64,000 nt of DNA from Octopus sinensis (lineage: Eukaryota): the NCBI RefSeq assembly GCF_006345805.1, contig NC_043009.1, positions 13,516,001 to 13,580,000 of the forward strand. The letters run 5' to 3'. The translations under genes were made by a program, and so were the position numbers. The notes under the pieces were generated by a model. The model saw only the letters and a program-made list of their open reading frames with translations, did no database searches and had not been told where the DNA came from. Shown here piece by piece: positions 40,914 through 54,672 of the stretch (its first letter is position 1; each line of letters begins with the position of its first letter).

Positions 40914-40917
<4 letters not shown>
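40687..40917. repeat. 93-bp near-perfect inverted repeat with 45-nt spacer, abutting (TA)n
   Basis: Arms 40687-40779 and 40825-40917 are reverse complements with only 2 mismatches (A40708/C40896, C40750/A40854). Confidence 0.95.
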
Positions 40918-40961
<44 letters not shown>

Positions 40962-41696
40962 TACACACATATACATTATATATATAAATATATTTGTATA
41001 TGTTTTCATATATGTTTGTATATATTGTATATATATTTTATTTATGCGTGGGTAATTTCCATTTATTCTTGTAATATATTTATCAGCCGATGTGTGTCCA
41101 GCCTACACCCGTCTGAAAATAAATGTCAGAAATTAAATATGGAAAAGTTTGGCAATATAATTTTGACTACCCTGGGAGTACCGCAGAAGAAAAATGTTAG
41201 CTTAAGATATACGGCATATTTGCTCTTGGGTCAATTTTCTGGTGAACAACAATTTATTGTATCAATATAGGTTATAACCAATTTCAAACTATGAATAATG
41301 TAATGTATTTGTTGCTTTCTACCACAAAGTATATGGACAGAGAAAGCTAATATATTTCCAAGAATGGATATTTTTTTGCCAGTGGAGATGTTTCATAATC
41401 TGTTGTCTGTAAATCGCCTGTGGATCACTGATATTTCTAAAACAAATATTCATTTGCTCAAAGTAAATTGCGTTATAAATCTTCGATTCAAACGAGCTCA
41501 GTCATTCCTAGTGTCCAGTAAAGTTGTTCTATGGCGAAGTAGTTTATCGCATTACCTAAGATTATTTTACCAGTATTATATTGAAAATATTATTTGCCTA
41601 TAATAGATTATAAAATCTTACCTGGGCCATCGGACATGTCGGTACATATTTTAAATGGATTCGATCATATCTCTATAGTGTTTATTATTATTATTA

Positions 41697-41764
<68 letters not shown>

Positions 41765-41937
41765 TATTATTATTATTGTTATTATTATTGTTTTATGTTG
41801 ACTTTTGCTTTACATTTGTACAAGTTCGCTCCAAGTCTCGCCCAGAGACCTCAAGAGACAACATGTTAGAAGTTCATGTTTGTGTAATATTATTATTATT
41901 ATAATTATAATTATTATTATCATTATTATTATTATTA

Positions 41938-41985
<48 letters not shown>

Positions 41986-42981
41986 TATTATTATTATATA
42001 TTTTTTTAATATCCGTCGATATTACCACAAGATGTAACGTTGTTTTGTACTCTATAACCAATTGTCACAGTGTTTATCAAATGGTTGAGAAAAATCTTTC
42101 TAGTGAGATGATACGGCGGGTTACTACTTCTAAGCACATCCTTGCATTTTACAGGAAATATGTCGTTATTGCGTGAATGTCTCTGGCTACAGTGAGTGTC
42201 AGCACTTCGTTACCGTATTCCTTTTACAATTAGTCGAAATTATGTGTAGAGTTTGTCATTCCATACCCGATCGTTAATATGAAATGCTATCTCAATGCGT
42301 TTCATATTAAATGCATTGAAAATATTTTTGAAAAAACGTAAAGTGACGTATTGTAAAATTCGGATTAGGTAATATTAGTAACAGCTCATTGCTTATGATA
42401 ATCGATTCATTCATATACAATTCGTCTGATTCGTTCATACATGTCTCATTCTAAGACATACCCTATGCAGGATTTAGAACAAATTTGACATGAAAAATAA
42501 GTGAGAATATAATAATTGCATTACGCATAACTTAAACATTTTCGTCATAATCTTAAGCACAAATTTTGACCAATAAACATGTCTTATTATTATTTCTACT
42601 CAGAACTGGTATGTAAATGCTTCGTTGATCATTAAAAAAACAATATTAGAAGTGAGGTCCCCGAAGAGAAAATATAGACACTAATCAGAAGAAATATTTC
42701 ATGTTAATAGATAAGGGAAACAGTAAACAAAGAATGATCGATATAGAATATACGTTAATTATTAGATCATCCTGGACTTAGCCATCTGTAAATATTTGAC
42801 GAGGGAATTTCAGAACGGTAATTCTATTGGCTGAAGACTAATTGCGAATCCAATCCAGTCAGATTTTATACCACTGGTTCAACGCAATTAAAACTAATCG
42901 TTTGAAGGAATAAATCTCGCATTGATGAAGCTTTTGGCATTAAACTCATACTACGCATTATTGTTGCTGTTTTTGTTGTAG

Positions 42982-43242
42982 TGTGGAGGCGCGTGGCTTA
43001 GTGGTTAGGGTGTCAGCATCATGACCGTAAGATTGTGGTTTCGATTCCTGGACCGGGCGGTCGACGCGTTGTGTTCTTGAGCAAAACACTTCATTACACG
43101 TTGCTCCAGTCCATTCAGCTGGTAAAAATGAGTAACGCTGCGATGGACTGGCGTCCCGTCCAGCTGGGAAACACATACGCCATTGAAACTAGGAAACCGA
43201 GCCCGTGAGCCTGGCTAGGCTTTAAAAGGGCGCATTTATTTA
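42982..43242 (+). mobile_element. SINE group C2: tRNA-like head, core and V-SINE-like gcgatggactggcgtcccgtccag; 12-bp TSD
   Basis: TSD tttttgttgtag at 42970-42981 and 43243-43254. Confidence 0.85.
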
Positions 43243-43305
43243 TTTTTGTTGTAGTAGTTGCTGTTGTTGTTGATAATGATGATGAGGAGAAGGAGGAGGT
43301 GGATA

Positions 43306-43364
<59 letters not shown>

Positions 43365-44614
43365 ATTCTTAGAAGAATTTTCTTTCTGGAAAAAAAAATC
43401 TGCGAGTCATAGTTTGAGAGTATATAATTCTAAGGAAAGGAACCGTAAAAAAAAATTTGGCAACAAATATGTACATTCAGGAAGTACATTTTGAAGTCAT
43501 ATTCTTCCGGAGTTAGGTTACTCGAAAATTGATGAAGCTTGTCACTGTTTTACTAGAATACTCGTCGTTTTATCCCCAGATCTGCTATTGGCATCCTTTT
43601 TATCATGGAGATACGCCTATGACGAAATACGTCAATCCCTCGGCAGTCGATCGACCAAAATTTATACAGATATGTATTACTGTATGTTGTTGAATGAGAC
43701 AATATTTTGTTTGAAAAATAGAAAATTATTCCTGTGGAGACAGTGTCTTTGGTTGAATAATTCCAATATATCTTTGTATTACTGGTATTTATTTCATCGA
43801 CCAAAGCACGTTGAACAACATAATCCGGTGCCATAAGAGGCTGAGAGTTAAATTAGATAAACGACTTAATTGGCCATTCTACTGTCTGCAAACACACCTC
43901 CATAACTACATAATATTAATCTGAAATATACCTGTGAGGATGCTAACAATAAACCCGGAATATTTCCCCGAAGAAAACAACAAAACTCCCAAAATTAGAT
44001 TTGATTCAAATGCTATCTTGAGATTTCTTTAATGGGCATTTCGCATACAACGTATCTAATATCTAGTAATTCATGTATAAATTCAATATGCTACGGATTT
44101 GATAAAAGGATAATCGATATATTAAAACAATACTCAATGATGAATTGCAATGTATATTACAATGCCGCTTAAAATTTCAATTAAATGTAGTATTAATATT
44201 CACTGATAATAATATTGGAATCAATTTTACATTTCAATACATATTTTGGCACACATATATATACATATGCAACGGGTGTGTGCGTCTGTGTGCGTGTGTG
44301 ATAGTGGAACACATCACCTTGAAATAGTCTTGGGTACCATAGCAGAAAGTCTTCAATCAGCAGTTAAGAATTAGAAGATTTTCTGGTTGAGAATGCTCTT
44401 TATGTGGTGGTGCAACAAGAGTAAACAAGGGAAAAGGATGAAACAGCAGAGAAAACCCCTACAAAATGAACATATAAAATGGCGACACAAATCATGTGAA
44501 ATCGAAATTGCCGAATACTTCGTCATTCACCCTCTTTAACGATACAGCATTATATAAGCATGAATATATGCATATGTATGTGTGTGCGCTTATCTGTCTA
44601 TCTATCTATCTATC

Positions 44615-44675
<61 letters not shown>

Positions 44676-44706
44676 GTCTGTCTATATCTATCTATTTATC
44701 TATCTA

Positions 44707-44769
<63 letters not shown>

Positions 44770-44885
44770 GTAAATGTAATATGTGACAATTATTCGGTAG
44801 CCAAGGTCTCTTTTTTTCTTTTGTTATCTTACCGTTTTTATCAATATATATGTATATGTATATGTATATGTATGTATATATATAT

Positions 44886-44927
<42 letters not shown>

Positions 44928-46928
44928 ATATAATATATATATATATATATTCACAAGTTTTTCTCTAAAATACTTGATACAATCTCAGTCATGGAAGGAA
45001 CATCTCCTTAGAAGTTATTAACTATTTAAAATCATCTTAGAAAAGACTTGAACAGCGAAAGCTTTTGCAAACACAATGCAAAAGAATTCGTTCCAAGTGT
45101 TTATTTTGTTTTATTAAGTAATTTTTAAAATAGTTAATAACAATTAAAAACATCTTGTGTGCATGTGTGTGTGTATGTGTGTGTGTGTGAGGATTGTTTC
45201 ATCTCGTAAGAAAATAACCGTCACGAATAATAGAGGGACATCTGTACGGTATAGTATTGCAGTGATAAAATAATACAACTCTTTTTCCATTTTCTCGTTC
45301 TCCATGCTAGGTGACAAACATTGCAAGATGTCCTCGAATTATTTTTCTTGCAAAAGTTATGTCAGATTGTCTTTCTCTTAGAAGAAGCCTCTTCCGAAAT
45401 GCCTTTTCAAACGTAACCGTGGCCTCCTTCAGCCGTGACAAATCTATTTAACCTACAGGTGGAAATCTGACAGAAACTACCGTTCCACGTCAGAAGAAAA
45501 CTGATAGAGTGACTCCAAGGTTCCACATCTCCGAACAAGATTATCACAACCGAATCCGGTTTAATGTCATGCCCAGGACATACACGCTTACATAACTACC
45601 TATCTGTATGTGTGTGTACATAAATGCTTTGGTATATGATTTTTTAAAATTCTTTGACGCTTTAGCCATTACCTAATAAGTCATGTTAGAGAAAGTTCAT
45701 GAGAGTGTTATTACTTTATTTATTTTTTTTGTATGTTTCTGAAATATGTGTTACTAATTTACTAACAGTTTGTTTTCTCTTCTGTTGGGCACCGGTCTAT
45801 GGGGGTATATAATTTGCTGTGTGTGAGAGTACATACTTATAAGTTCAAGGAACATCACATCTGAAGACTAAGTGAAAACATTAATGGAAATGCAGAGCAA
45901 ATACGAATAGTAAAGCATGGGATTAATATTCCAATTAATCTTTACTCGCATGCTCGCTCTATTTTTGATAAAGATCAATTTATTCCTAACTAAATACAGA
46001 CCCTGGAAAACAATCAGAAGATTCACTTCAAAACGAATATTGATTTTATCATTATGTTTATTTTGTGTTAGTGTGTGAATATGCAGATGTTTAAAGGGAG
46101 TATATGCTTGTGTGTATTTTTGCGATTAAGAAAATTATATGACTGAATTTGGTATATGAAAAACTGCTTTCAAAATTTGTTGATAGAAAGTACTACCGAC
46201 TTGATGAGAGTAATATGAATTTGGTAGCACTATAGTATTCCTTGAATATAATGCGAGGTTTTATGTACAACACAGTCTGCATTTCTTTGCATTTATGTGT
46301 GTATGTGCACATGTGAGTAACTCAGCCACTGATCTATATTCATTCAGACTTTTGAATTTTTGTTCGTGGTTCGTGTAAAAAAGAAGTCTTCTGAAATGAT
46401 TTTTTTTTTAGTAAATGTAGAGAAACTTTAAACTATTCAGTAAAACCTGGATATTAGATAACATGCTGTTCAGATTTCATTTTATGGAAAACAGCCATAG
46501 CTGGCGGAGGAAAATAGTTTCAGAAAAAACTCTCCACAAACAGAAAGTGTGTAGCAAAAACAAAAGGAGGAATTACTATTATCTGGTCTTGACCGTTTAC
46601 AAAATATTTCCAGCAATGCGTGAAATTAAGATTAAAACAATAAAATTACTTTATGAATCTGACATAGTTACTCTTTGCTCTCGTAACAAGCTGACAATCA
46701 CATAAAACATTTGCAGAAACATTCCAGAAGTTAAATCTTAAACTTTCGGTATCTGATTGTTATAAGATACTTTTCTTTATGACATAGGAAAGTATTCAGC
46801 TTCAATATTTTATTCGACTGATATAATAATTTTTTTTCTTTAATAAAGACGTCTACATAAAGATGTGTAAAGCACATGCACATATATGTGTGTATGTGTT
46901 TCTGTATGTGAGTATTTCTTTATATTAT

Positions 46929-47316
46929 ATTGTGGAGGCGCAATGGCCCAGTGGTTAGGGCAGCGGACTCGCGGTCATAGGATCGCAGTTTCGATTCCCA
47001 GACCGGGCGTTGTGAGTGTTTATTGAGCGAAAACACCTAAAGTTCCACGAGGCTCCGACAGGGGATGGTGGTGATCCCTGCTGTACTCTTTCACCACTAC
47101 TTTTTCTCACTCTTACTTCCTGTTTCTGTTGTACCTGTATTTCAAAGGGCCGGCCTTGTCACTCTCTGTGTCACGCTGAATATCCCCGAGAACTACGTTA
47201 AGTGTACACGTGTCTGTGGAGTGCTCAGCCACTTAAACGTTAATTTCACGAGCAGGCTGTTCCGTTGATTCGGATCAACTGGAACCCTCGTCGTCGTAAC
47301 CGACGGAGTGCTTCCA
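46929..47316 (+). mobile_element. SINE group C3: tRNA-like head with a distinct body; 14-bp TSD
   Basis: TSD tttctttatattat at 46915-46928 and 47317-47330; the 3' half recurs at about 28590-28760. Confidence 0.85.
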
Positions 47317-47904
47317 TTTCTTTATATTATGGAGAAGATTTATGCTATGATTGTCTGTGGTTCCTATTATGCAAAAAAGAAAGAAAAGTAGAAGAACAGG
47401 TGGAAGAGCTTTGAACTACACAATCAACATTATATTTCATCACCATATAAATTATCAGAAAAAAAACTGCCTGTGTTTTATTTCCATAACATAATTTAGC
47501 CATTGCAACCGAAGCAATACTAGAATAATATTTTTAGAACTGAATATGTAGATTCATTGATTCAACAATGTTGTGTAATGTTCTGTATATTCCGTATCTG
47601 AAACTAGTGATTCACCAGCGGAACGGGTGATGCTCCATTCTAAAATAACTTTACAGATAACATTTAAGGGGCGGCTGAAAGCAATGTTCCGTTGTAACTG
47701 TCATTTGATTAAGTTTAAGCATCTTTTATGCAATAATGTAATCGAAAGCTTTTGAGTACCTAACTTATGCTGTAGAAGCTAATTATGCGAGAGTTAGCAA
47801 AGTGAGCTTTGAGATAGGTACCTTGATCAACCTTTCGTTTAGAGAACAGTTTTGCGTATCATATCATGAACATATGGTTAGAAATACTGATTCCAAATGT
47901 TGGA

Positions 47905-48578
47905 TCAAGGCCAGAAATTTCAGGGGAATAGTTTAGTAAATTACATCGACCCCAGCGCTCAACTGGTACTTAGTTTATCGATACAGAAAGGATACTTAAA
48001 CTTACAACGTGAAGATCGACGAAATACCAATTTCTTTACTAGCCACAAGAGGCTAAATATAGAGGGGACAAACATGGACAGACAAAGGGATTAAGTCGAT
48101 TATAGCGACCCCAGTGCGTAACTGGTAGTTATTTAATCGACCCCGAAAGGATGAAAGGCAAAGTCGACGTCGGCGGAATTTGAACTCAGAATGTAGCGGC
48201 AGACGAAATACTGCTAAGCATTTCACCCGGCGTGCTAACGCTTCTGTCAGTTCGGCGCCTTAAAGCATTTAACCTGACTTGCTACTGATTCTGCCTGCTC
48301 GCCACCTTAATCATGTTATAAATATTACAATCTATGTTTTATATTTCATGATATATAATTTCATGACATTACCGAATTTTACCTCTATTTACTTCATGCG
48401 ACACACAATATTCTCTTCTAATCTAATTTTGGGGAGGGGGCAGTCGATTTGATCGTCCCCTAAAGGATGAAAGGCAAAGTCGACCTCAGGGGAATTTGAT
48501 CTCAAAACGTAAAGACAGATGAAATACCGTTAATCATTTCGCCCGGCGTTTCTAACGTTTCTGTCAGCTCGCCGCCTT
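47905..48578 (-). mobile_element. Cluster of three SINE group B copies or fragments (about 47905-48010, 48028-48262, 48425-48578)
   Basis: Repeated group B motifs in the same orientation. Confidence 0.75.
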
Positions 48579-49311
48579 ATAAGGCACTCTATATTACTAC
48601 AATGACAATCATTTTCTTTCTTGCCTCCGTTTATTATGTGTTAAGTTCATTGATAACATTCTGATTGCGTCGTAATATAGCCCTCTATAATAATATTGAT
48701 ATATTGTATATAAAACACAAACAACCAGTATGACAAAGAGATATATAATAGCTTTATTTATAAGTTGTCACACCCAAAAAATATAAACGTTTTATGCTAT
48801 CTACTGACAGAAGCACAATGAATGAGAGAGAGATGGGGGAGGGAGACAGACAGACAGACAGACAAAGTGATAGAGAAAGAGGAGTGAATTTTTAGCGCAT
48901 TATATGAAATGCAAATTTTAGCAACCGGAAAAACCTTTTGCTCATGTGGATATCAGTACATTTATTCTCATCATGAATTCATTGAAATAAGAAGTGGGGA
49001 TATTAAAATAAAGTATTGACTCAGCTTGAGAATATCAACTGATATGCGCATGCGGTCAATCACATATATTTAGCCCGTCTATATATGATGTCGCTGAGGA
49101 GATCGAAAAGGAGCGGTAAAAATTCGTGACACTTTCCATCACTTATCTGTATCAGCTACACCGGATGCATAGACACATACATATACTTACTTTGATACTT
49201 TGATAGGTTTCGGCCATTATTGGCCCAGACCATGTCTAACTTAATAGCACCACCTGGTGAAGTCTTTCAGGTCATATATATATATATATACCCATTCACC
49301 CAAACATGCAT

Positions 49312-49405
<94 letters not shown>

Positions 49406-49594
49406 TATACATATATATATACGTATATATACATATTTATATATATTTATACAAGTATTTATATATACATATAAATATACCCATATATACTTACCTATAT
49501 ATATATGTGTGTGTGAGTATATAGATATGTATATGTATATATATATGCATATTTGTATATATATATGAGATATTCATATATACATCTGTATATA

Positions 49595-49653
<59 letters not shown>

Positions 49654-49713
49654 GGTATATACGCACATACGCACACAAACACACACAAACACACACACAC
49701 ACACACACACACA

Positions 49714-49757
<44 letters not shown>

Positions 49758-50324
49758 TTATACATACACAGAAATATATATACACAGACTGAGAGATAGA
49801 TTGATAGATAGATAAATTAGTTCTGTACATATATATAACATGTACTATAAATCAATTCACCGACTCTAACAATATCTTTGACCAAGATGTCTTGCCTGGA
49901 AGGAAGTAATATCTAAAAATATATATACCTCACTCAAAATAAATCAAATTAAGAACAGTTTATGGAATAAAGTGATAGACCAAACGAAGAGGAAATGTTC
50001 AAATGTTCGCTTCTGTTTGTGTTGCAATGTTATATTCATTAATCTCGTTCTACATTCATTTATTTGTGATTCATATTTTTTTTTACTTCAAATAAGAAAT
50101 CTAAATTCGTCGGCAGTCAATCACTGCCTAATACGTTTTCTCTTTAAACTGTCTTCACTTTCCTTAAAACACGACATGATGATCGCATAGCCAAAAGTAT
50201 CAAAGTTGCTTTATAGCCTATGCAGACATCTATGTGGATACTTATGTAAATATGCATATATGTTTATATATCAGCATGTTTGTTCTAAGTGTATTTAATA
50301 CACCACCCCCCCAAACACACACTT

Positions 50325-50430
50325 TTCTATTCTAGGCAGAAGGCCCGAATTTCTGGGGGCGGGGAACAGTCGATTAGGTCGTCCCCAGTACGCAACTAGT
50401 ACTTCATCTATCGACCCCGAAAGGATGAAA
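50325..50430 (-). mobile_element. SINE group B 3' fragment, cut off at the 50442 hairpin
   Basis: ccccagtacgcaactagtact...atcgaccccgaaaggatgaaa. Confidence 0.7.
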
Positions 50431-50441
50431 CGCCTCGGCGC

Positions 50442-50535
50442 TGCGTCTTGCAAACTTTTCAATAGTGTTGACTATTGGAAATTTTGCAAGACGCAACGAA
50501 AAGAATAATGAAAAGGTTGCAAGACGCAACGAAAA
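50442..50535. repeat. 25-bp hairpin (50442-50495, 4-nt loop) plus an extra direct copy of TTGCAAGACGCAACG
   Basis: tgcgtcttgcaaa-c-ttttcaatagt / gttg / actattggaaa-t-tttgcaagacgca; the motif is repeated at about 50517-50531. Confidence 0.85.
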
Positions 50536-50889
50536 TTTTAGGAAAATATAAAAATTAGAAATAAGTGGAAATTTTACCGGGGAGTGTGTTACATTATAAG
50601 GCACAACAAGAAAATGACTCTTCCCAGACACAACAGAATATGCTTCAACACACGAACTCATATAAAGAATCTTGCAAACCAAATTCCAAATCTAAAAACG
50701 AAATATGCACATTTAGTTATTGGCTTATGAGCGTAGAGATCACAGCTGCTATGCATATTGGTTAGAGCGTGCAAACATCAGTCACTTAATCAATAAATTT
50801 GCATTACATCTATTTTCAGTGAACCGCTGTTCTCTTGTAGATATAATTAATTACAGCAATTGAATTTTGAATTCATCGTCAATAAATTG

Positions 50890-50933
50890 TTCTTTTTTTT
50901 CTCTTATTTTTTACAGATTAAAAGGAACCCATA
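50890..50933 (+). other. Splice acceptor and 17-nt 5'UTR part of FMRFa coding exon 1 (implies an upstream non-coding exon)
   Basis: Long T/C tract ttctttttttctcttattttttacag ending at 50916, then 17 nt to the ATG. Confidence 0.7.
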
Positions 50934-51075
50934 ATGAGTGGCTTGAGTCCCTTCAGCTTGTTAATTTTTATTTTCATCTACTGTCTCACGGTGTATGCTG
51001 CTACAGCTATGAGCCTGGCTCAGGCATGTATGGAGTCACCCAGTATGTGCGAAAGTATCTCGCTTTCTCATTTAG
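50934..51075 (+). CDS. FMRFa: FMRFamide precursor, coding exon 1 (signal peptide and N-terminal pro-region MSGLSPFSLLIFIFIYCLTVYAATAMSLAQACMESPSMCESISLSHL-G)
   Basis: ATG at 50934, hydrophobic core LLIFIFIYCLTV and an AxA-type cleavage region. Preceded by a polypyrimidine tract and AG acceptor (ttttttacag, AG 50915-50916) and followed by a consensus donor G|gtgagt at 51076. The 142 coding nt leave phase 1, matching the acceptor at 55339. From memory, LAQAC.ES resembles the N-terminus of squid/cuttlefish FMRFamide precursors. Confidence 0.9.
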
Positions 51076-54035
51076 GTGAGTATCGTTTTCTGACCTTCCC
51101 TATGTTTTGTCTTTCCACAATCACAGAATTGATCAGTGAATTTACGTGTATACACACACACACACACAGAGGCCACCAACACCAGCGTTCGTGAACTAGA
51201 GTGTGGTAGAAGTATGTGATTCACATACACGCACACAAGCACACATATACACACATGTATACACACACGCACAAACACACACACACATATATAAATATGA
51301 ATATGCACGTATGTATGTATATATGTATATATATATGTCTGTGTGTATCACTACTAACATCTAAAATGTACCTTCATTACTAAAGTGCATATACAATTCT
51401 CGTAAGCCGTTACACGTATATCTACATATATACACGGAGACATGTATACATTCTCGCTCAATCAGTAGAACACTTTTACTCATATACACATAGAGAGGCG
51501 CAGAAGCTGTTATATGATTTTCTTCATAACTTCTTTTCGGCTTCTCACCCATTGCGAAGAAGTTTTTGAAATTTGGACAATGAACATGTCGGCTAATATC
51601 TTGCGAGTGAAATTGCTATGGTAGGCCTAAACTATATAGAACCCAGTCGTGTGAGTGTGCGTGTGTGTATGAGAGTGTGCGATCGTTTGTGTATCTGTGT
51701 TCGTTGTGTGTTTGCGTGTGTTTGTATGTGTGCGCGTCCCCGACCATTTATTTTCATCACTCAGCAGATTGTGCTGTAGAATGTTGGCATCCAGGCTCTG
51801 GGAACGAAACCAAATCTGGTTGCGATTTGGAAAACCGCAATTTAGCGATGGATTGTATGGACAAACGCTTTAGACTAATATAATAAATTAATCATCTTTT
51901 TACCAATGTCTCATCTAAGATGCACAGTTTGCAATTTAATTTAACTACGGAGCGATCTGCCAAGAAATCACTTTGGCTAGTGCTTCTCCGATAACACTAC
52001 GAAACACAAGCGCTATTCTGTTGGCGATTACTTTTGTTGTCCTTGTTCTAGAAGTCAATGTTGAGCTCTCTGCATATTTCTAATTCTTTTTTTAATAATT
52101 AAATCGAATGTTATCTGCATGCTTACCGCTAGTTCACACGTGCCCCTGTTATATTTTACCCAGATGTTAGTTTGGATATAGAAGAAGAACATGATCTTGA
52201 TGTTGATGAAATGAGAAACGTGTTTCTTAGAAGTCACCATAGGCGGTGACCCTCTGTAATTTAAGTACAAAAAAATTCGTTTGTGCTTTCTTTATCTAGA
52301 TTCGTTTCCTCTTCTTTAACCATCGAAGATATAAGGTTTGGTCATGATGTTTTGGATTCTCATTGAATGTGTTCTTGCTAGAACACCATCAATCATTGTC
52401 ATTGAAGAACGACTGAATATTGAGAACAGCTCTGTATGAGAATAGATGATCTCAAGAATCAAACATTTTCCAAAATTAACATGCTATTGAAGAAAATAAC
52501 AGACATATGATTTGTAAAGAAGAAGAGAATCGCGGACATATGTTTTTGCCTAAATTGGTGTCATCCGCTCAGAGAAATCCCCTAACTTGTCTCCTACATA
52601 GACGTATACAGGAAGCGTAGAACATATGTTTGGCCTAGATAAGTTACCCAAAGATCACGGTATTCGTTTTGCAACGACGATGTATATATTTCATGGCATC
52701 TTGGGCAAATGTCATAAAGTATAGACAGAAATTGTGAAAATTGTGACAACCTTCTCTGGCGAGTTGTTAGTAGAATTCTGATTGATACACGCTGATTCGT
52801 CTTTAAAAATGATGTTATGGACATATATGCGTTATCATAACGAACACTTATATATGTATATAATTATATATATATGTATATGTACGTATGTATGTATGCA
52901 TACGTTTACTCATATGCAGCCTTCCACTTTTTATATCCCCAAAGGTTTATCAATGTTATTCTCTTATTTATAGATTTATATATGCGTAGTTCATGCGAGA
53001 TATTCCCCAAAATTATGAATATATATACATACATACATATACATATATATATATATACATATGTATTAGTATATATATAGATATATAGATATATATTTAT
53101 ATATATGGAAAAAACGTCAAGATAGAAAATGCTAAAATAATTTTATAAAAATCATTTCAGTACTGGTTTCAGTCATTGAGACATTTTTAACTTTAAGTAT
53201 GGAAAACAATTAAATTTAGAAAAATTTTAAATGCTTTTTTAAAAGAATATTTGTACAAGTGGCATTTTCCTTGTTTCTGCCTGTCTCTGTCTCTTGTAAC
53301 TCTTGTAACATACCTGTCATACATATGACAAACAGAAATATTTTATTGCCATCAACACGTAACATAACATAGTGTATTTGATCACTGGAATGATGACCAA
53401 TTAAATGTTGTGGAAAAATCGAAATTGTGTTCATTGAATAATTTTGAAATTATTTATGCAGTTTAATGTATGTTTTGTATTTAAACGACAACTGATTGCA
53501 ATCTTAATTTGTGATTTGCTTCCAATATGATTTAATACATACTAGTTGTTTCTTTTTTATTTCCTTATTTATATCTTGAAGATTTTGAAGAATTTTGGTT
53601 CTGTATTTCAATATTTATTGTTTTCCAATTCTCGTAGATCACTGTCGTGATAAATTTCGTTAAGATGCGAATTCAAAATAAGACATGACTGCCGTAGCCC
53701 ATGTACAAACTATAATATTTAGTCCGTACTTCGAAATATCGGTGGTGAATTTATTAGAAATACACAATGAATTATAATTGCGATAGTAGACTTACAACTA
53801 TAGCTATGTACAGTATGGTGAAACGAAGCAAAATGTGAAAGGATACGGAGAATAGTGGAACGTTTTATGAACGCAAGCAGCTGCAGCTCTGTTCTGTCGT
53901 GTGGAAAACACTGGCTAAGCTGTCAATTTGGTATGTATTCAGAGTGAATCATAATAAAATGATAAATCGAAATATTAACTAAATCGGAGGATAGACAATA
54001 TAGGGTCGTTCATAGGAACTTTCGTCCGTGAGTAG

Positions 54036-54066
<31 letters not shown>

Positions 54067-54106
54067 CTATATATATAATATAAATACATATACATATATA
54101 TATATA

Positions 54107-54160
<54 letters not shown>

Positions 54161-54362
54161 GAAAGATATATAGTTAGATGGCTGGAAGATACATATACAG
54201 ATAGTATGAATTAAATGATAAATCGAAATATTAACTAAATCGATAAATAGGCAATAACGTTGCTGATAGGTACTTTCGTCCGTGATTACTAATGAGTATA
54301 TATATATATGTATGTATGTATGTATATATATACATACATATATATGTATGTAAATATATATA

Positions 54363-54407
<45 letters not shown>

Positions 54408-54616
54408 ATGTGTGTGTGTGTGTGTGTATGTGTGTGTGTATATAATGAAAGATAGATAGTTAGATAGATGGAAAGATACATATAGAGATAGTTAGTATGA
54501 AAGAATTTCATGAGTTAAATGATAAATTGAAATATTAACTAAATCGATAAATAGGCAATAACGTTGCTGATAGGTACTTTCGTCCGTGAGTAGTAATATA
54601 GATATCTATATGTGTT

Positions 54617-54672
<56 letters not shown>

